Both the position numbers and the translations under genes were made by a program. From contig JAHKLW010000019.1 of assembly GCA_020854815.1 (NCBI GenBank), positions 10,571-74,570 of the forward strand: 64,000 nucleotides of DNA. The letters run 5' to 3'. Of the stretch, positions 49,510 through 60,424 are shown piece by piece. Within the stretch, counting starts at the first letter, position 1. Every line of letters starts with the position of its first letter. Source of the stretch: Methanofastidiosum sp. (lineage in GTDB: Archaea; Methanobacteriota_B; Thermococci; Methanofastidiosales; Methanofastidiosaceae). Below the pieces are notes generated by a model. The model searched no databases and was not told the DNA's origin. It saw only the letters and a program-made list of their open reading frames with translations.

Positions 49510-50634
49510 TTATTCTTTCATCTTCTTGACTATTTCATCTCCAACCTCAGTTGTCTTAGAAGTTCCACCAAGATCCTGTGTTCTTACCTTTCCTTCTTCC
49601 AATACTTTGACTACAGCCTTTTCAATCAATGCCGCTGTTTTTGGCTCTCCGATAGTTTCTAGCATCATAACTCCACTCAATATTGTGGCAAGTGGATTTG
49701 AAACATTCTTTCCCTTGTATTTTGGCGCAGAGCCATGTATTGGCTCAAACATTGAAACACCATCAGGATTAATATTTCCTCCAGCTGCAAGACCTAGACC
49801 TCCTTGGATCATAGCTCCAAGATCAGTGATTATATCTCCAAACATATTTGGAGCAACAACAACCTGGTACCACTGTGGCTGTTTCACAAACCACATTGTA
49901 ATCGCATCGACAAATGCGAATTCAGTTTCATAACCAGGATATTCCTTTGATACATCTTCAAAAACGTCTCTCCATAAACTGTAAATATTTGTCAAGACGT
50001 TGGCCTTATCAACAGATGTTACTCTTTTCTTACCCTTCATCTTAGCAAGTTCAAATGCATATCTTATAACCCTCTCAGAACCTGCTCTCGAGATCATACC
50101 TATTTGATATGCTATCTCTTCAGGTCTATCGATATCAATACCCATATTAAACTTTACTTCGTAAAGATCTCTTATTACCTCAAGTTCTTCTTTGTTCTTT
50201 GTTCCTTTGAACCTTCCACCAATTCCTATGTAGAAATCTTCTGTGTTCTCTCTAATAACGTGGAAGTTGATGTCTTTGTAGGATTTATCCTTTAGTGGAC
50301 AAGGAACATTTGGATAAGATACAATTGGTCTTAAATTTACATATTGATCAAAATAAAATCTCATCTTGAGGAGGATACCCTTTTCAAGTACTCCAGGGGC
50401 GACCCTTGGGTCACCAATAGCACCAAAGTATATTGCATCCTTTTTCTTAAGTTCCTTTAGAGTTTCTTCAGTAATTAATTCTCTAGTTTTTAAGTATTGT
50501 TCAGACCCGTTTTGGTAGTATTCCCATTCAATACCTAAACCTGTTATGTCGCATGCTGCGTCTATTACCTTCTTTCCTTCTTCGATTATCTCAGGTCCTA
50601 TGCCGTCACCGGGCATTATGGCTATTTTTTTCAT
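49510..50634 (-). CDS. leuB: 3-isopropylmalate dehydrogenase
   Basis: '[13 protein letters not shown]' and '[12 protein letters not shown]'. Confidence 0.85.
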   Translation of the reverse strand: MKKIAIMPGDGIGPEIIEEGKKVIDAACDITGLGIEWEYYQNGSEQYLKTRELITEETLKELKKKDAIYFGAIGDPRVAPGVLEKGILLKMRFYFDQYVNLRPIVSYPNVPCPLKDKSYKDINFHVIRENTEDFYIGIGGRFKGTKNKEELEVIRDLYEVKFNMGIDIDRPEEIAYQIGMISRAGSERVIRYAFELAKMKGKKRVTSVDKANVLTNIYSLWRDVFEDVSKEYPGYETEFAFVDAITMWFVKQPQWYQVVVAPNMFGDIITDLGAMIQGGLGLAAGGNINPDGVSMFEPIHGSAPKYKGKNVSNPLATILSGVMMLETIGEPKTAALIEKAVVKVLEEGKVRTQDLGGTSKTTEVGDEIVKKMKE

Positions 50635-51118
50635 TTAGAGCCTCCTTCACGTATTCCATCAACCCACCCTTTTCTACTATTTTAAGCAAAAAGGCAGGTA
50701 GTGGTTTGAATTCAAAGACCTCACCAGATCTTTTGTTCTTTATAGTTCCTCTTTTCAGATCGACTAAAAGTTCATCTCCTTCATTGGCCTTAATATCACA
50801 TTCAATTAATGTCAGACCTAAATTAATAGAATTTCTAAAAAATATTCTTGCATAACTTTTTGCAATAACACAAGATATGCCTGCTCCCATCAGCGCTCTT
50901 GGTGCATGTTCTCTGGAGGATCCACATCCAAAGTTTCTTCCAGCAACTATCATGTCACCTTGCTTTACTATATTTACGAATTCTGGCCTTACTTTTACAA
51001 AAGCGTTTTTTGCAAGTTCTTTGGGATCTCCAGTAACTAAAAATTCAGCAGGTATTATCTGATCAGTGTCAACATTGTCCCCGAATTTAATGGCTCTCCC
51101 TTCAAGAATTTCCTTCAT
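50606..51118 (-). CDS. leuD: 3-isopropylmalate dehydratase small subunit
   Basis: '[10 protein letters not shown]' and '[14 protein letters not shown]'. Confidence 0.9.
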   Translation of the reverse strand: MKEILEGRAIKFGDNVDTDQIIPAEFLVTGDPKELAKNAFVKVRPEFVNIVKQGDMIVAGRNFGCGSSREHAPRALMGAGISCVIAKSYARIFFRNSINLGLTLIECDIKANEGDELLVDLKRGTIKNKRSGEVFEFKPLPAFLLKIVEKGGLMEYVKEALNEKNSHNAR

Positions 51119-52374
51119 TAAAGCACCTCTCGTGGATCAACTATTCTTCCTTCTAATGCAGAAGCCGTCACTACAGCAGGATTTGCTAAATAGACCTCTG
51201 AGTTCTTGTGGCCCATTCTCCCTATGAAGTTCCTGTTTGTAGTAGCAACACATTTTTCACCGTCAGCAAGTATACCCATGTATCCACCAAGGCATGCGCC
51301 ACATGTTGGTCCACAGACAAAACAGTCAGCCTTTTCAAAGATGTCAATTAATCCTTCTTTTAAAGCTTGGTAAAAGACTTCCTTTGTTGCAGGAACAACA
51401 AGCATTCTAACTTCTGGGTTAATCTTTCTACCCTTTAGAATTTCAGCTGCTATCCTTAAATCTTCAATTCTGCCGTTAGTGCAGGATCCAAGATATGCTT
51501 GGTCAATCTTCACGTCAACATCAGAAGCAGGGGCGGTGTTACTCGGTAAAAAGGGCTTTGCAACAGTAGGTGGTATATCTGCTGCATCATATTTTAGCTC
51601 TTCAATATAATAAGCATCAGCATCCGAATAAACTGGATTGTAGCTTCCCCTTACTCTTTCCTGAAGATATTCAAATACCTTATCATCTGGAGGTATAATG
51701 CCAGCTTTTCCTCCTGCCTCTATAGCCATATTTGAAATGGATATCCTATCAGAAAGTGTTAAGTTCTCAATAGTATTCCCATAATATTCCATAGCTTGAT
51801 ATAAAGCGCCCTCAACTCCAATATCTCCTATCACATGGAGTATGATATCTTTTCCATAAACATAATTGTCAAGCTTACCGTTGACTGTAATTTTAATGCT
51901 GTCAGGTACTTTTAACCAAAGCTTACCAATAGCCATAACAGCCGCAGCTTCAGTTGAACCTATACCTGTTGAGAATGCCCCTAAAGCACCGTAACTACAA
52001 GTATGTGAATCTGCACCTACAATTAGCCTACCTGGTGCAACAAACCCCTTCTCGATCATAAGTTGGTGACATACTCCACCCCTTCCAACCTCAAAGTAGT
52101 TTTCTATTTCATATTTTTTTGCAAAATCTCTCATCCTTTTTGCCTGCTCAGCAGAGGCAACATCCTTGTTAGGAACATAATGGTCTGGAATAAGGACTAT
52201 CTTCTCTTTAAACGGTTTTGTGCCTTTTGGGAGCTTTTCAAACTGCTCAAATGCAGGCAGTCCAGTTACGTCATTTACCATGACGTAATCCACATTAGCT
52301 TCAACTATCTGCCCAGCCTCAGTATTGACCCCGGCTTTATTTCCTATTATTTTTTCTGATATGGTCTTTCCCAT
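51118..52374 (-). CDS. leuC: 3-isopropylmalate dehydratase large subunit
   Basis: 'GADSHT', 'GSCTNGR' and 'CGPTCGAC' aconitase-family motifs. Confidence 0.9.
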   Translation of the reverse strand: MGKTISEKIIGNKAGVNTEAGQIVEANVDYVMVNDVTGLPAFEQFEKLPKGTKPFKEKIVLIPDHYVPNKDVASAEQAKRMRDFAKKYEIENYFEVGRGGVCHQLMIEKGFVAPGRLIVGADSHTCSYGALGAFSTGIGSTEAAAVMAIGKLWLKVPDSIKITVNGKLDNYVYGKDIILHVIGDIGVEGALYQAMEYYGNTIENLTLSDRISISNMAIEAGGKAGIIPPDDKVFEYLQERVRGSYNPVYSDADAYYIEELKYDAADIPPTVAKPFLPSNTAPASDVDVKIDQAYLGSCTNGRIEDLRIAAEILKGRKINPEVRMLVVPATKEVFYQALKEGLIDIFEKADCFVCGPTCGACLGGYMGILADGEKCVATTNRNFIGRMGHKNSEVYLANPAVVTASALEGRIVDPREVL

Positions 52375-52408
52375 AAAAATCAACTAAAAAATAAAAATTT
52401 AAATTATT

Positions 52409-53404
52409 TTATTTTTTTTCAGGTTTTAAGAACATTTTCCGGATGTCCTTACCTACTTCTTCTATGAGTTTTTCGCTACCCTCTTTTCTTGCTCTTGTGA
52501 GAACAGGTCTTCCTGTGTAGTTCTCCATCATGAATTCTCTTGCAAATTCACCTGATTTGATGTTATCAAGAACTTCGTACATTCTTTCTCTGACTGAGTC
52601 ATCGATTATCATTGGACCTCTTGTTCTTCCACCATATTCTGCGGTGTTTGAAACTCTTTCCCACATTAGCTCTAGCCCACCTTCATAGAAAAGATCTACA
52701 ATTAACTTCATTTCATTCAAACATTCAAAATAAGCAATTTCTGGCTGGTAACCTTCACTTACCAATGTTTCAAAACCAGCTGTGATAAGTTCCGTAATTC
52801 CACCACAAAGAACACATTGCTCTCCAAATATATCGGTTATAGCTTCTTCTTCAAATGTAGTTTCAACTACCCCTGCTTTTGTTAAGTTCATTGCTTTTGC
52901 CATTGCAAGTGCGGTATGTTTTGCCTTTCCAGTGTAATCCTGCTCAACAGCTAAAAGCGCTGGAGCTCCAAAGCCTTCCTTGTAAAGTCTTCTAAGTTCA
53001 CTACCTGGTGTTTTAGGCGCAACCATTACTACATCAACAAATTCTGGTGGCTTAATCTGATTAAATGTTATATTAAATCCATGAGAAAAGCTAAGAACAT
53101 CGCCTTCCTTTAGATTGTCTTTTATGTATTTTGAGTATACATGTGGCTGGACCTCATCAGGTATCAAGATGTGAACGATGTCTCCTGCCTTTGCAGCATC
53201 TTCAACACTCATCGTCTTAATCCCCGCATCCTTAGCACAGTTCCATGACTTTCCACCTTCATTTACTCCAACGACAACGTCAATACCGCTATCGTGTAAA
53301 CATAGGGCCTGTGCCCTTCCTTGATTTCCGTAACCTATTACTGCTACCTTTTTACCTTGTAAATATTTAAGGTCTGCATCACAATCATAATACATTGTTG
53401 CCAT
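52409..53404 (-). CDS. ilvC: Ketol-acid reductoisomerase
   Basis: 'VAVIGYGNQGRAQA' and 'GGITELI'. Confidence 0.95.
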   Translation of the reverse strand: MATMYYDCDADLKYLQGKKVAVIGYGNQGRAQALCLHDSGIDVVVGVNEGGKSWNCAKDAGIKTMSVEDAAKAGDIVHILIPDEVQPHVYSKYIKDNLKEGDVLSFSHGFNITFNQIKPPEFVDVVMVAPKTPGSELRRLYKEGFGAPALLAVEQDYTGKAKHTALAMAKAMNLTKAGVVETTFEEEAITDIFGEQCVLCGGITELITAGFETLVSEGYQPEIAYFECLNEMKLIVDLFYEGGLELMWERVSNTAEYGGRTRGPMIIDDSVRERMYEVLDNIKSGEFAREFMMENYTGRPVLTRARKEGSEKLIEEVGKDIRKMFLKPEKK

Positions 53405-53407
53405 AAT

Positions 53408-53905
53408 TTAACCTCCGCTTTTCTTTTCAATATCCCTAGAAATGGCAGTAACTCCCGTCCTGAAGAGTTCTTTTATGCCAAAGTTCTTCATTGTCTCAAC
53501 AAATCTGTCAATATCAAGCGGGTCTGCTGTTATCTCTAGGGTTATTGTTCTTATACTAATATCTACTATATTTGATTTAAATGCATTGGCTATTTCTATA
53601 ACCTCTGCCCTATTTTCCTTGTCAGCATAAACCTTCAATAGACATAGATCCCTTACTACAGATGTATTCGTATCCAAGATATTTACTTTAACAACCTCTA
53701 TGAGTTTGTTTAGTTGTTTTTCTATCTTTTCGATTTCTCGTTCATCCCCAGTCATTACTATAGTCATTCGGCTCATACCTTCTTTTTCTGAAGGAGAAAC
53801 AGTTAAGGAATGAATATTAATACCTCTTCTAGAAAACATCCCACTCATCCTCGTTAGGGATCCTGCTTCATCTTCCACTAGAACTGATATTATCTGTGTT
53901 GGCAT
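53408..53905 (-). CDS. ilvN: Acetolactate synthase small (regulatory) subunit
   Basis: ACT domain 'ISVLVEDEAGSLTRMSGMFSRRGINI'. Confidence 0.9.
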   Translation of the reverse strand: MPTQIISVLVEDEAGSLTRMSGMFSRRGINIHSLTVSPSEKEGMSRMTIVMTGDEREIEKIEKQLNKLIEVVKVNILDTNTSVVRDLCLLKVYADKENRAEVIEIANAFKSNIVDISIRTITLEITADPLDIDRFVETMKNFGIKELFRTGVTAISRDIEKKSGG

Positions 53906-55605
53906 CTTCCCACTCCTATCATCTCATCAACACTGCCTCCAGGCGGGATCATTGGAAGAATATTTGTTTCAGACTCTATCTTAAAATCTAAGACTGAAAC
54001 AACGCCCGAATCAAAAGCATTTTTCAGTGCCTTTTCGATGTCACTTGCCTTTTCAACTCTTTCTCCATATGCACCAAAAGATTCTGCAAGTTTTACAAAG
54101 TCAGGTATTGTTCCAAGTTTTGTTCCAGCATATCTCTTATCCCAGAATAACTCCTGCCACTGTCTAACCATACCTAGGAATGAGTTGTTTAATACAGCGA
54201 CAACTACAGGTATATTTTCAGCCATTGCAGTTGCTAACTCTTGACAGACCATTAAAAATGACCCGTCACCAGCAATATCCAAAACTTGACTATCTGGCTT
54301 TGCAACCTTTGCCCCAATTGCAGCTGGGAACCCAAATCCCATCGTTCCAAGTCCCCCTGAGGACATAAACTGCCTTGGCTTTTTTGTAATATAGTAGTGA
54401 GCTGCAAACATCTGATTCTGGCCTACCTCTGTAGTGACAATAGCATTGTCGTCAAGGAAATTATTAATTGTCTTAATTATAAGTTCAGGTGTAAGCTTCC
54501 CATTATGTTTTACGGTTTCACATTCTTCACACATGCTATGAAGCTGATTGACTCTCTTTCTCCAAATATTTGTGTCTTTTTTAACATCTTCATATTTCTT
54601 GATAAATTTAATTAAGTCCCTTATCACAAGATTGGCATCTCCTACAAGTGGGAAATCTACAGGGATATTTTTGTTTAATTCTGAAGAATCTATATCACAG
54701 TGAATTTTTATTGCATCAGGTGCGAAAGATTCAAGACCCCAACCTGTTGTTCTATCGGAGAATCTACATCCAATGACTAATAGAACATCACAGTTATTGA
54801 TCATTTTATTTGCACCAAGTCTCCCATGCATCCCTACCATCCCAAGAGAAAGAGGGTGAGTTTCAGCTATAGCACCCTTCCCCATTAGAGTAGTCGCTAC
54901 TCCAGCCCCGAGATACTCTGCCAAAATCCTTAAGTCTTCAGAGGCGTTTGCAAGTATTACCCCCCCTCCTGCAAGGATTAAAGGTCTTTCTGCCTCAACA
55001 AGTTTTTGTGCAATTCTCTTAAGCTGAAGTGGATTTGGAACTATGCTTGGATTATACCCGGCAAATTTTACCTCTCCGTGATGATACTCTTTCGATGTTT
55101 TTTGTTGGACATCATTAGGCAAATCTATAACTACTGCACCTTTCCTGCCTGTATTTGCTATCTTAAATGCACCTTTGATTGTCCTGGATAAATGGTCTGT
55201 AGATTTTACCAAGAAGTTGTGCTTTGTTATAGGCATCGTGATTCCAAATGTGTCTGCCTCTTGAAATGCATCAGTACCAATTGCTTTAGTTGAAACTTGA
55301 GCTGTAAAAGCCACAATAGGAATAGAGTCCATTGTCGCATTCAATAAACCAGTTATAAGATTAGTCGCACCAGGGCCGGAAGTTGCCATACAAACTCCCG
55401 GACCTCCAGATGCCCTAGCATAACCATCAGCAGCGTGAGCCGCTCCTTGCTCATGTCTCACAAGGATACTTCTAATATCCTTTTCTTCATAAAGTTCATC
55501 ATAAAGAGGTATTAATTGGCCTCCGGGAAACCCAAAGATATGTTTAACATTTTCCTCTTTTAGACATTTGACAACGATTTCTGTTCCTTTTAGACCATCA
55601 TTCAT
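53890..55605 (-). CDS. ilvB: Acetolactate synthase large subunit
   Basis: TPP motif 'GDGSFLM...NN' and an N-terminal 'GFPGG' (truncated quote). Confidence 0.9.
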   Translation of the reverse strand: MNDGLKGTEIVVKCLKEENVKHIFGFPGGQLIPLYDELYEEKDIRSILVRHEQGAAHAADGYARASGGPGVCMATSGPGATNLITGLLNATMDSIPIVAFTAQVSTKAIGTDAFQEADTFGITMPITKHNFLVKSTDHLSRTIKGAFKIANTGRKGAVVIDLPNDVQQKTSKEYHHGEVKFAGYNPSIVPNPLQLKRIAQKLVEAERPLILAGGGVILANASEDLRILAEYLGAGVATTLMGKGAIAETHPLSLGMVGMHGRLGANKMINNCDVLLVIGCRFSDRTTGWGLESFAPDAIKIHCDIDSSELNKNIPVDFPLVGDANLVIRDLIKFIKKYEDVKKDTNIWRKRVNQLHSMCEECETVKHNGKLTPELIIKTINNFLDDNAIVTTEVGQNQMFAAHYYITKKPRQFMSSGGLGTMGFGFPAAIGAKVAKPDSQVLDIAGDGSFLMVCQELATAMAENIPVVVAVLNNSFLGMVRQWQELFWDKRYAGTKLGTIPDFVKLAESFGAYGERVEKASDIEKALKNAFDSGVVSVLDFKIESETNILPMIPPGGSVDEMIGVGRCQHR

Positions 55606-57167
55606 TTCGTTTTCGCCTCTTTACCTATTTTTCTTAGTTTATTTATGGCTTCAATTGCCGCATTGACACTTGTCATGACTATATCCGAGCCAACACTCTT
55701 TCCAATTGCCTTAATACTGTCCTCATTTATTATCCTGACAGATACTTGACATAGCGCATCAGATCCACCTGTGATTGCTTCAAGTCTGTACTCTTCAAGT
55801 GTGATCTTTTCAGGAACAATAGATTTTATTGCATTTAAAGCCGCATCAACTGCACCATTGCCTATGTTTGAACCAATCTTTTTGTTTCCATTGATATTTA
55901 GAATTGCTGTCGCTGTTGGTGTAATATGAAGGCCCGATATTATTGACATCTCTTCAAGTTTTACTTCTTTCTCTTCATCTGGTACCTTTCCGACATATCC
56001 TGCAGCTATTGCTATTAAGTCTTCATCTGTGATCTTCTTGCCACTCTCTCTTATTCTCTTTACATCATCGACAATCTCAAGAACCTGTTCTTTTGTGAGA
56101 CCAATTCCAAAGTCCTTAAGTTTTTTTTCAACAGCATGTATACCTGTATGTTTTCCAACAACAATCTCGCTTTCCCTTCCAACTAACTTAGGTGTGAGGG
56201 GTTCATAACAGAAGGCTTTGCTTAATACACCATGGACATGTATGCCCGATTCATGGGCAAAAGCATTTTCACCAACAATAGCCTTATTCGGTTGTACAAC
56301 AACACCTGATATTCTTGAAACTAGTTTAGAGATATATGTTAGTCTTGTGGTATCAAGAGAGAATCTGACACCGTAAAGTGCCATGAGGCTCATAACTGTT
56401 TCCTCTAATGAAGCATTTCCTGCTCTCTCCCCAAGACCATTAATTGTGCAGTGGACCTGTTTGGCACCACTTTCAACTGAAGCAAGAGAATTAGCAACTG
56501 CAAGACCAAAATCATTATGGCAATGGACACTTATTGGTACATTGATATCATCAACAAGTTCTTTTATCAGGTATCTCATTGCTTTTGGCATAATTGTACC
56601 AACGGTATCTGGGACATTGATATAATCTACACCTGCATCTCTTACAGCCCTATGCATCTCTTTAAGGTACTCAAGTTCAGTTCGAGTTGCATCTTCACAT
56701 GAAAATTCTACTTCAACGCCGTGATCCTTTGCATATTCAACACCCTCTATGGCTTTATCCATAATTTCTTCTTTAGACATCTTGAGCTTAAACTCACGAT
56801 GTAGGGGGGATGTAGCAATAAAAGTGTGAACTCTATCAACATTACATTCTAATGCGATGTCAATATCTTTTTTGTTAGATCTTGCAAGGCCGCAAACCTT
56901 TGCCTTTAAACCCATATCGCATACTTTTTTAATAGCATCTTTCTCTCCGGCAGATGTTATGGGAAATCCAGCCTCAATAGCATCAACCCCTAATAGATCA
57001 AGACTTTCAGCTATCTTCATCTTTTCCTCTATGTTAAATGCTACTCCAGGGGTCTGTTCTCCATCTCTAAGAGTTGTATCAAATATCTTGATACCTTGAA
57101 TATTCATCTTTTCTAGTACTTTCTTATTATAGTCGCTTACACAAATAACTTCTTCCATATTATCCAC
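55602..57167 (-). CDS. leuA: 2-isopropylmalate synthase
   Basis: '[14 protein letters not shown]', 'HCHNDFGLAVANSL', and a C-terminal LeuA-dimer domain. Confidence 0.85.
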   Translation of the reverse strand: MDNMEEVICVSDYNKKVLEKMNIQGIKIFDTTLRDGEQTPGVAFNIEEKMKIAESLDLLGVDAIEAGFPITSAGEKDAIKKVCDMGLKAKVCGLARSNKKDIDIALECNVDRVHTFIATSPLHREFKLKMSKEEIMDKAIEGVEYAKDHGVEVEFSCEDATRTELEYLKEMHRAVRDAGVDYINVPDTVGTIMPKAMRYLIKELVDDINVPISVHCHNDFGLAVANSLASVESGAKQVHCTINGLGERAGNASLEETVMSLMALYGVRFSLDTTRLTYISKLVSRISGVVVQPNKAIVGENAFAHESGIHVHGVLSKAFCYEPLTPKLVGRESEIVVGKHTGIHAVEKKLKDFGIGLTKEQVLEIVDDVKRIRESGKKITDEDLIAIAAGYVGKVPDEEKEVKLEEMSIISGLHITPTATAILNINGNKKIGSNIGNGAVDAALNAIKSIVPEKITLEEYRLEAITGGSDALCQVSVRIINEDSIKAIGKSVGSDIVMTSVNAAIEAINKLRKIGKEAKTK

Positions 57168-57411
57168 CTATCAAAATAAATTATATAGTAAGTTCTCTCA
57201 AATGAAAAAAAATCACTTACAATCTTGATATTGCAGGTAAGACTACGGAGAAAATTTATACAGAATTTATACCTTTGCGAGGGGCAAAAATGCACCCCCC
57301 CTAATCACTAACTCCATAGTATGCACCTAATGCATTTTAATGCCAATTTATTTCTTTTTAAAGGTTTCGGTTATTTTTGCCTAAAATTTAAAAGAAAATA
57401 AAAATATTTTA

Positions 57412-60150
57412 TTATATAGTAGTTTTTTTAGTTTCTAGTTTTCTAGCAATGTATTTTTCTATTTCAACCACAATGAAGCTTGTTGTTGCGACTAGAGTTA
57501 AAGGAATCCACCATATTGCTGGAAACGGAGCAGTTCTAAAAGGACTTGTTCCGAACAAAGGCTCTGAGTAGACTAAGATGACTTGTAAGACCAAAGTAGT
57601 CAATGCCCCAAGTATTAACCATTTATTTCTAAGTGGATTTATTTTAAACGCAGTACCCTTTAGAGATCTTGCTGTGAAAAGATACCCTACTTCAATCATT
57701 ATTATTGTTGTGAATGCAATTGTCTGTGCCTGTGGCATAAATTCAAGAGCATTATCTACAGTCTTAAAGAATAGCAGAAACATTGAAAATATCATTGTCA
57801 CTTCAATGATAGAAACTATTCCTACTCTTCTTATAAAGAACTTGTTGAATAGTTTTTCATTGGGGTCTCTTGGCGGTCTTTGTAATAATCCTTTTTCAGC
57901 TGGCTCCCATATAAGAGGAATTGCGCATGCAATAGCGATAATTAAATTGACCCATAATATCTGTACTGGCTCTATTGGTAATCTATGGCTAAAAACTGGT
58001 ATTAATGGAGCTAAGAATAATGCACCTGCCATCGCAAGTCCTTGACCTCCATTTGTTGGCATTATGTACAAGATAACTTTCCAGATATTATCATAGACGT
58101 GTCTACCTTCTTCAACAGCATCAACAATAGTAGCAAAATTATCATCAGCTAAAATTATGTCCGATGCTTCCTTGCTTACCTCAGTTCCACCAATACCCAT
58201 AGCAACGCCTATATCTGCAGCCTTCAAAGCTGGGGCATCATTCACACCATCTCCTGTCATTGCAACTATATGTCCTTTTCTCTGAAGTTGTTTTGTAATT
58301 CTATACTTATGCTCTGGCTCGACTCTTGCGTATACTGAAACATTATTAACTACTTCGAAAAGTTGATCATCTGTCATTTCTGAAATCTCTTTTCCTGTCA
58401 ATACTTCGTCTTCACCATCACCTATCTTTAGTTGCCTTGCAACAGCTTTTGCTGTTAAGGCATGGTCTCCAGTAATCATTATGGAACGAATCCCTGCTGT
58501 TTTACATTTTTCTATTGCATCAATAGCTTCTTTTCTGGGCGGATCTATCATACCTTGGGCGCCAACAAAAGTTAAATCAGAGATATCTTTTTCATCGAGT
58601 GAAAGTTTATCTTTAGGAACTTTCTTATAAGCCATGGCCAATACCCTCAAGGCATCCTTGGCCATATCTTCTACATTCTTCAATATTAATTCTTTATCTA
58701 ACGGTAATTTTTTCCCATCAACTAGTTGATTCTTGCAAGATTTTAGAATTCTTTCGGGAGAACCTTTTACATAGATGATGTTCTCTTCCCCATCTTCATG
58801 CAATGTTGCCATGTACTGCTGTTTTGGCTCAAATGGTATTTCATCTAATTTTAGAAGTTTTTCATCGACACCAGCTTTGATTGCAGAAACAACCAATGCT
58901 GCTTCTGTATGACTTCCTTTAGCAATATATCTTTCTTTTTCTTTTAAAATCCCAGAATTATTGCATAGAAATCCGGTTCTTAAAGTTTGTATTAATTCAG
59001 GTGTTAACTTTGCTTGAGTATTTCCATCTTTTTCTAAGATTTGGCCTACTGGTTCGTATCCTACACCTTCAATAAAATACATTTTGTTTCCACTAAACAT
59101 TCGGACAGCTGTCATCTCATTTTTGGTCAGAGTTCCAGTTTTATCCGAACATATTACTGTCACACTTCCTAAAGTTTCTGCAGCTGGTAAGTTTCTGACA
59201 ATAGCATTTTTTCTTGCCATAACGGTGGAACCGACTGCAAAAGCAGCGATTATAGCTCCAGCAAGTCCTTCTGGTATCAATGCCACAATCATACCAATCA
59301 TGGCGAGAAACATATAGACAATTTCGTATCCCTCTAGTATTCCCAACCCAAACATCAGTACTCCAAATGAAACAATTGAAATAATCAATAACTTGACAAA
59401 TGCAGAAATCTTTTTTAGTATTGGAGGAGTTGTCTGGCCAGAGCTTTTCATGAGCTTTGCTATTTTTCCAATTTCAGTTTCTTCTGCTGTTGCATATACG
59501 ATACCTTGCCCTCTTCCACTAATTACAAAGGTTCCCCCATAAGCCATGCAGTATTTTCCTTCATTATTTTTATTATTAGGATCGTCCTCAGGCCCTTTTC
59601 GAACTGGCATGGACTCTCCTGTAAGCATTGATTCATCTAAGTGCAAACTCTTTGAAGATAGTATCCTAAGGTCGGCAGGGATTTTATCTCCAGATTCTAT
59701 AATTACGATGTCTCCTGGGACAAGTTCTATTGCAGGGATAATCTTGTGTTCTCCATCTCTTATTACCTTGCATTTATCAACAAGCATATCCTTAAGAGCG
59801 TCAATTGAGGCTTCAGCTTTCCCTTCTTGGATAAAACCAATAATTGCTGTTGCTAAAACAACACCTACGATAACCCACATGTCCATTATAATGTCTTCTT
59901 CTCCCATGAAAGCCCATAGGAAAAAGCATGCCAATGCTGCAACTATAAGAACAATTAGTAAAGGATTATTAAATTGCATTAAAAATCTTATAAGCGGCCC
60001 TCTTTTCTTGAATTTAATTTCATTATATCCATATTTTTCGAGTCTTTTGGTCGCTTCATCAGAAGAGAGACCGCCCGTGGATGTTCCCAACTTCTTTAGT
60101 ATGTCATTACTAGTTAATTTACACCAATCTAATTTTGTTTCCACAAACAT
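57412..60150 (-). CDS. P-type cation-transporting ATPase (P2-type)
   Basis: 'DKTGTLT', 'TGDHALTA', 'MTGDGVNDAPAL', 'PEGL' in TM4; 912 aa with 10 TM helices. Confidence 0.85.
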   Translation of the reverse strand: MFVETKLDWCKLTSNDILKKLGTSTGGLSSDEATKRLEKYGYNEIKFKKRGPLIRFLMQFNNPLLIVLIVAALACFFLWAFMGEEDIIMDMWVIVGVVLATAIIGFIQEGKAEASIDALKDMLVDKCKVIRDGEHKIIPAIELVPGDIVIIESGDKIPADLRILSSKSLHLDESMLTGESMPVRKGPEDDPNNKNNEGKYCMAYGGTFVISGRGQGIVYATAEETEIGKIAKLMKSSGQTTPPILKKISAFVKLLIISIVSFGVLMFGLGILEGYEIVYMFLAMIGMIVALIPEGLAGAIIAAFAVGSTVMARKNAIVRNLPAAETLGSVTVICSDKTGTLTKNEMTAVRMFSGNKMYFIEGVGYEPVGQILEKDGNTQAKLTPELIQTLRTGFLCNNSGILKEKERYIAKGSHTEAALVVSAIKAGVDEKLLKLDEIPFEPKQQYMATLHEDGEENIIYVKGSPERILKSCKNQLVDGKKLPLDKELILKNVEDMAKDALRVLAMAYKKVPKDKLSLDEKDISDLTFVGAQGMIDPPRKEAIDAIEKCKTAGIRSIMITGDHALTAKAVARQLKIGDGEDEVLTGKEISEMTDDQLFEVVNNVSVYARVEPEHKYRITKQLQRKGHIVAMTGDGVNDAPALKAADIGVAMGIGGTEVSKEASDIILADDNFATIVDAVEEGRHVYDNIWKVILYIMPTNGGQGLAMAGALFLAPLIPVFSHRLPIEPVQILWVNLIIAIACAIPLIWEPAEKGLLQRPPRDPNEKLFNKFFIRRVGIVSIIEVTMIFSMFLLFFKTVDNALEFMPQAQTIAFTTIIMIEVGYLFTARSLKGTAFKINPLRNKWLILGALTTLVLQVILVYSEPLFGTSPFRTAPFPAIWWIPLTLVATTSFIVVEIEKYIARKLETKKTTI

Positions 60151-60424
60151 CCCTCCTTTATTATTTTTATTTTACCAGATGAGGTAATTAACTTCTATTT
60201 ATAAAATTTTCGTTTACCCTAATTTTTCTCCTATTCATTACGTTTTCATGAAATGTTTCAACCTGAGATATTATATTCAAAAAACTAATCACTGCCTATT
60301 TGTTCAACTTATTAAATATTTCATGAATATATATTTAATTTATTTATAATTATTAATCCGTAATCTTTATAAATCTCCAAAATTTTGACCATTTGTTCCT
60401 TAGTAGAACTAGGAGGATGTTCTG

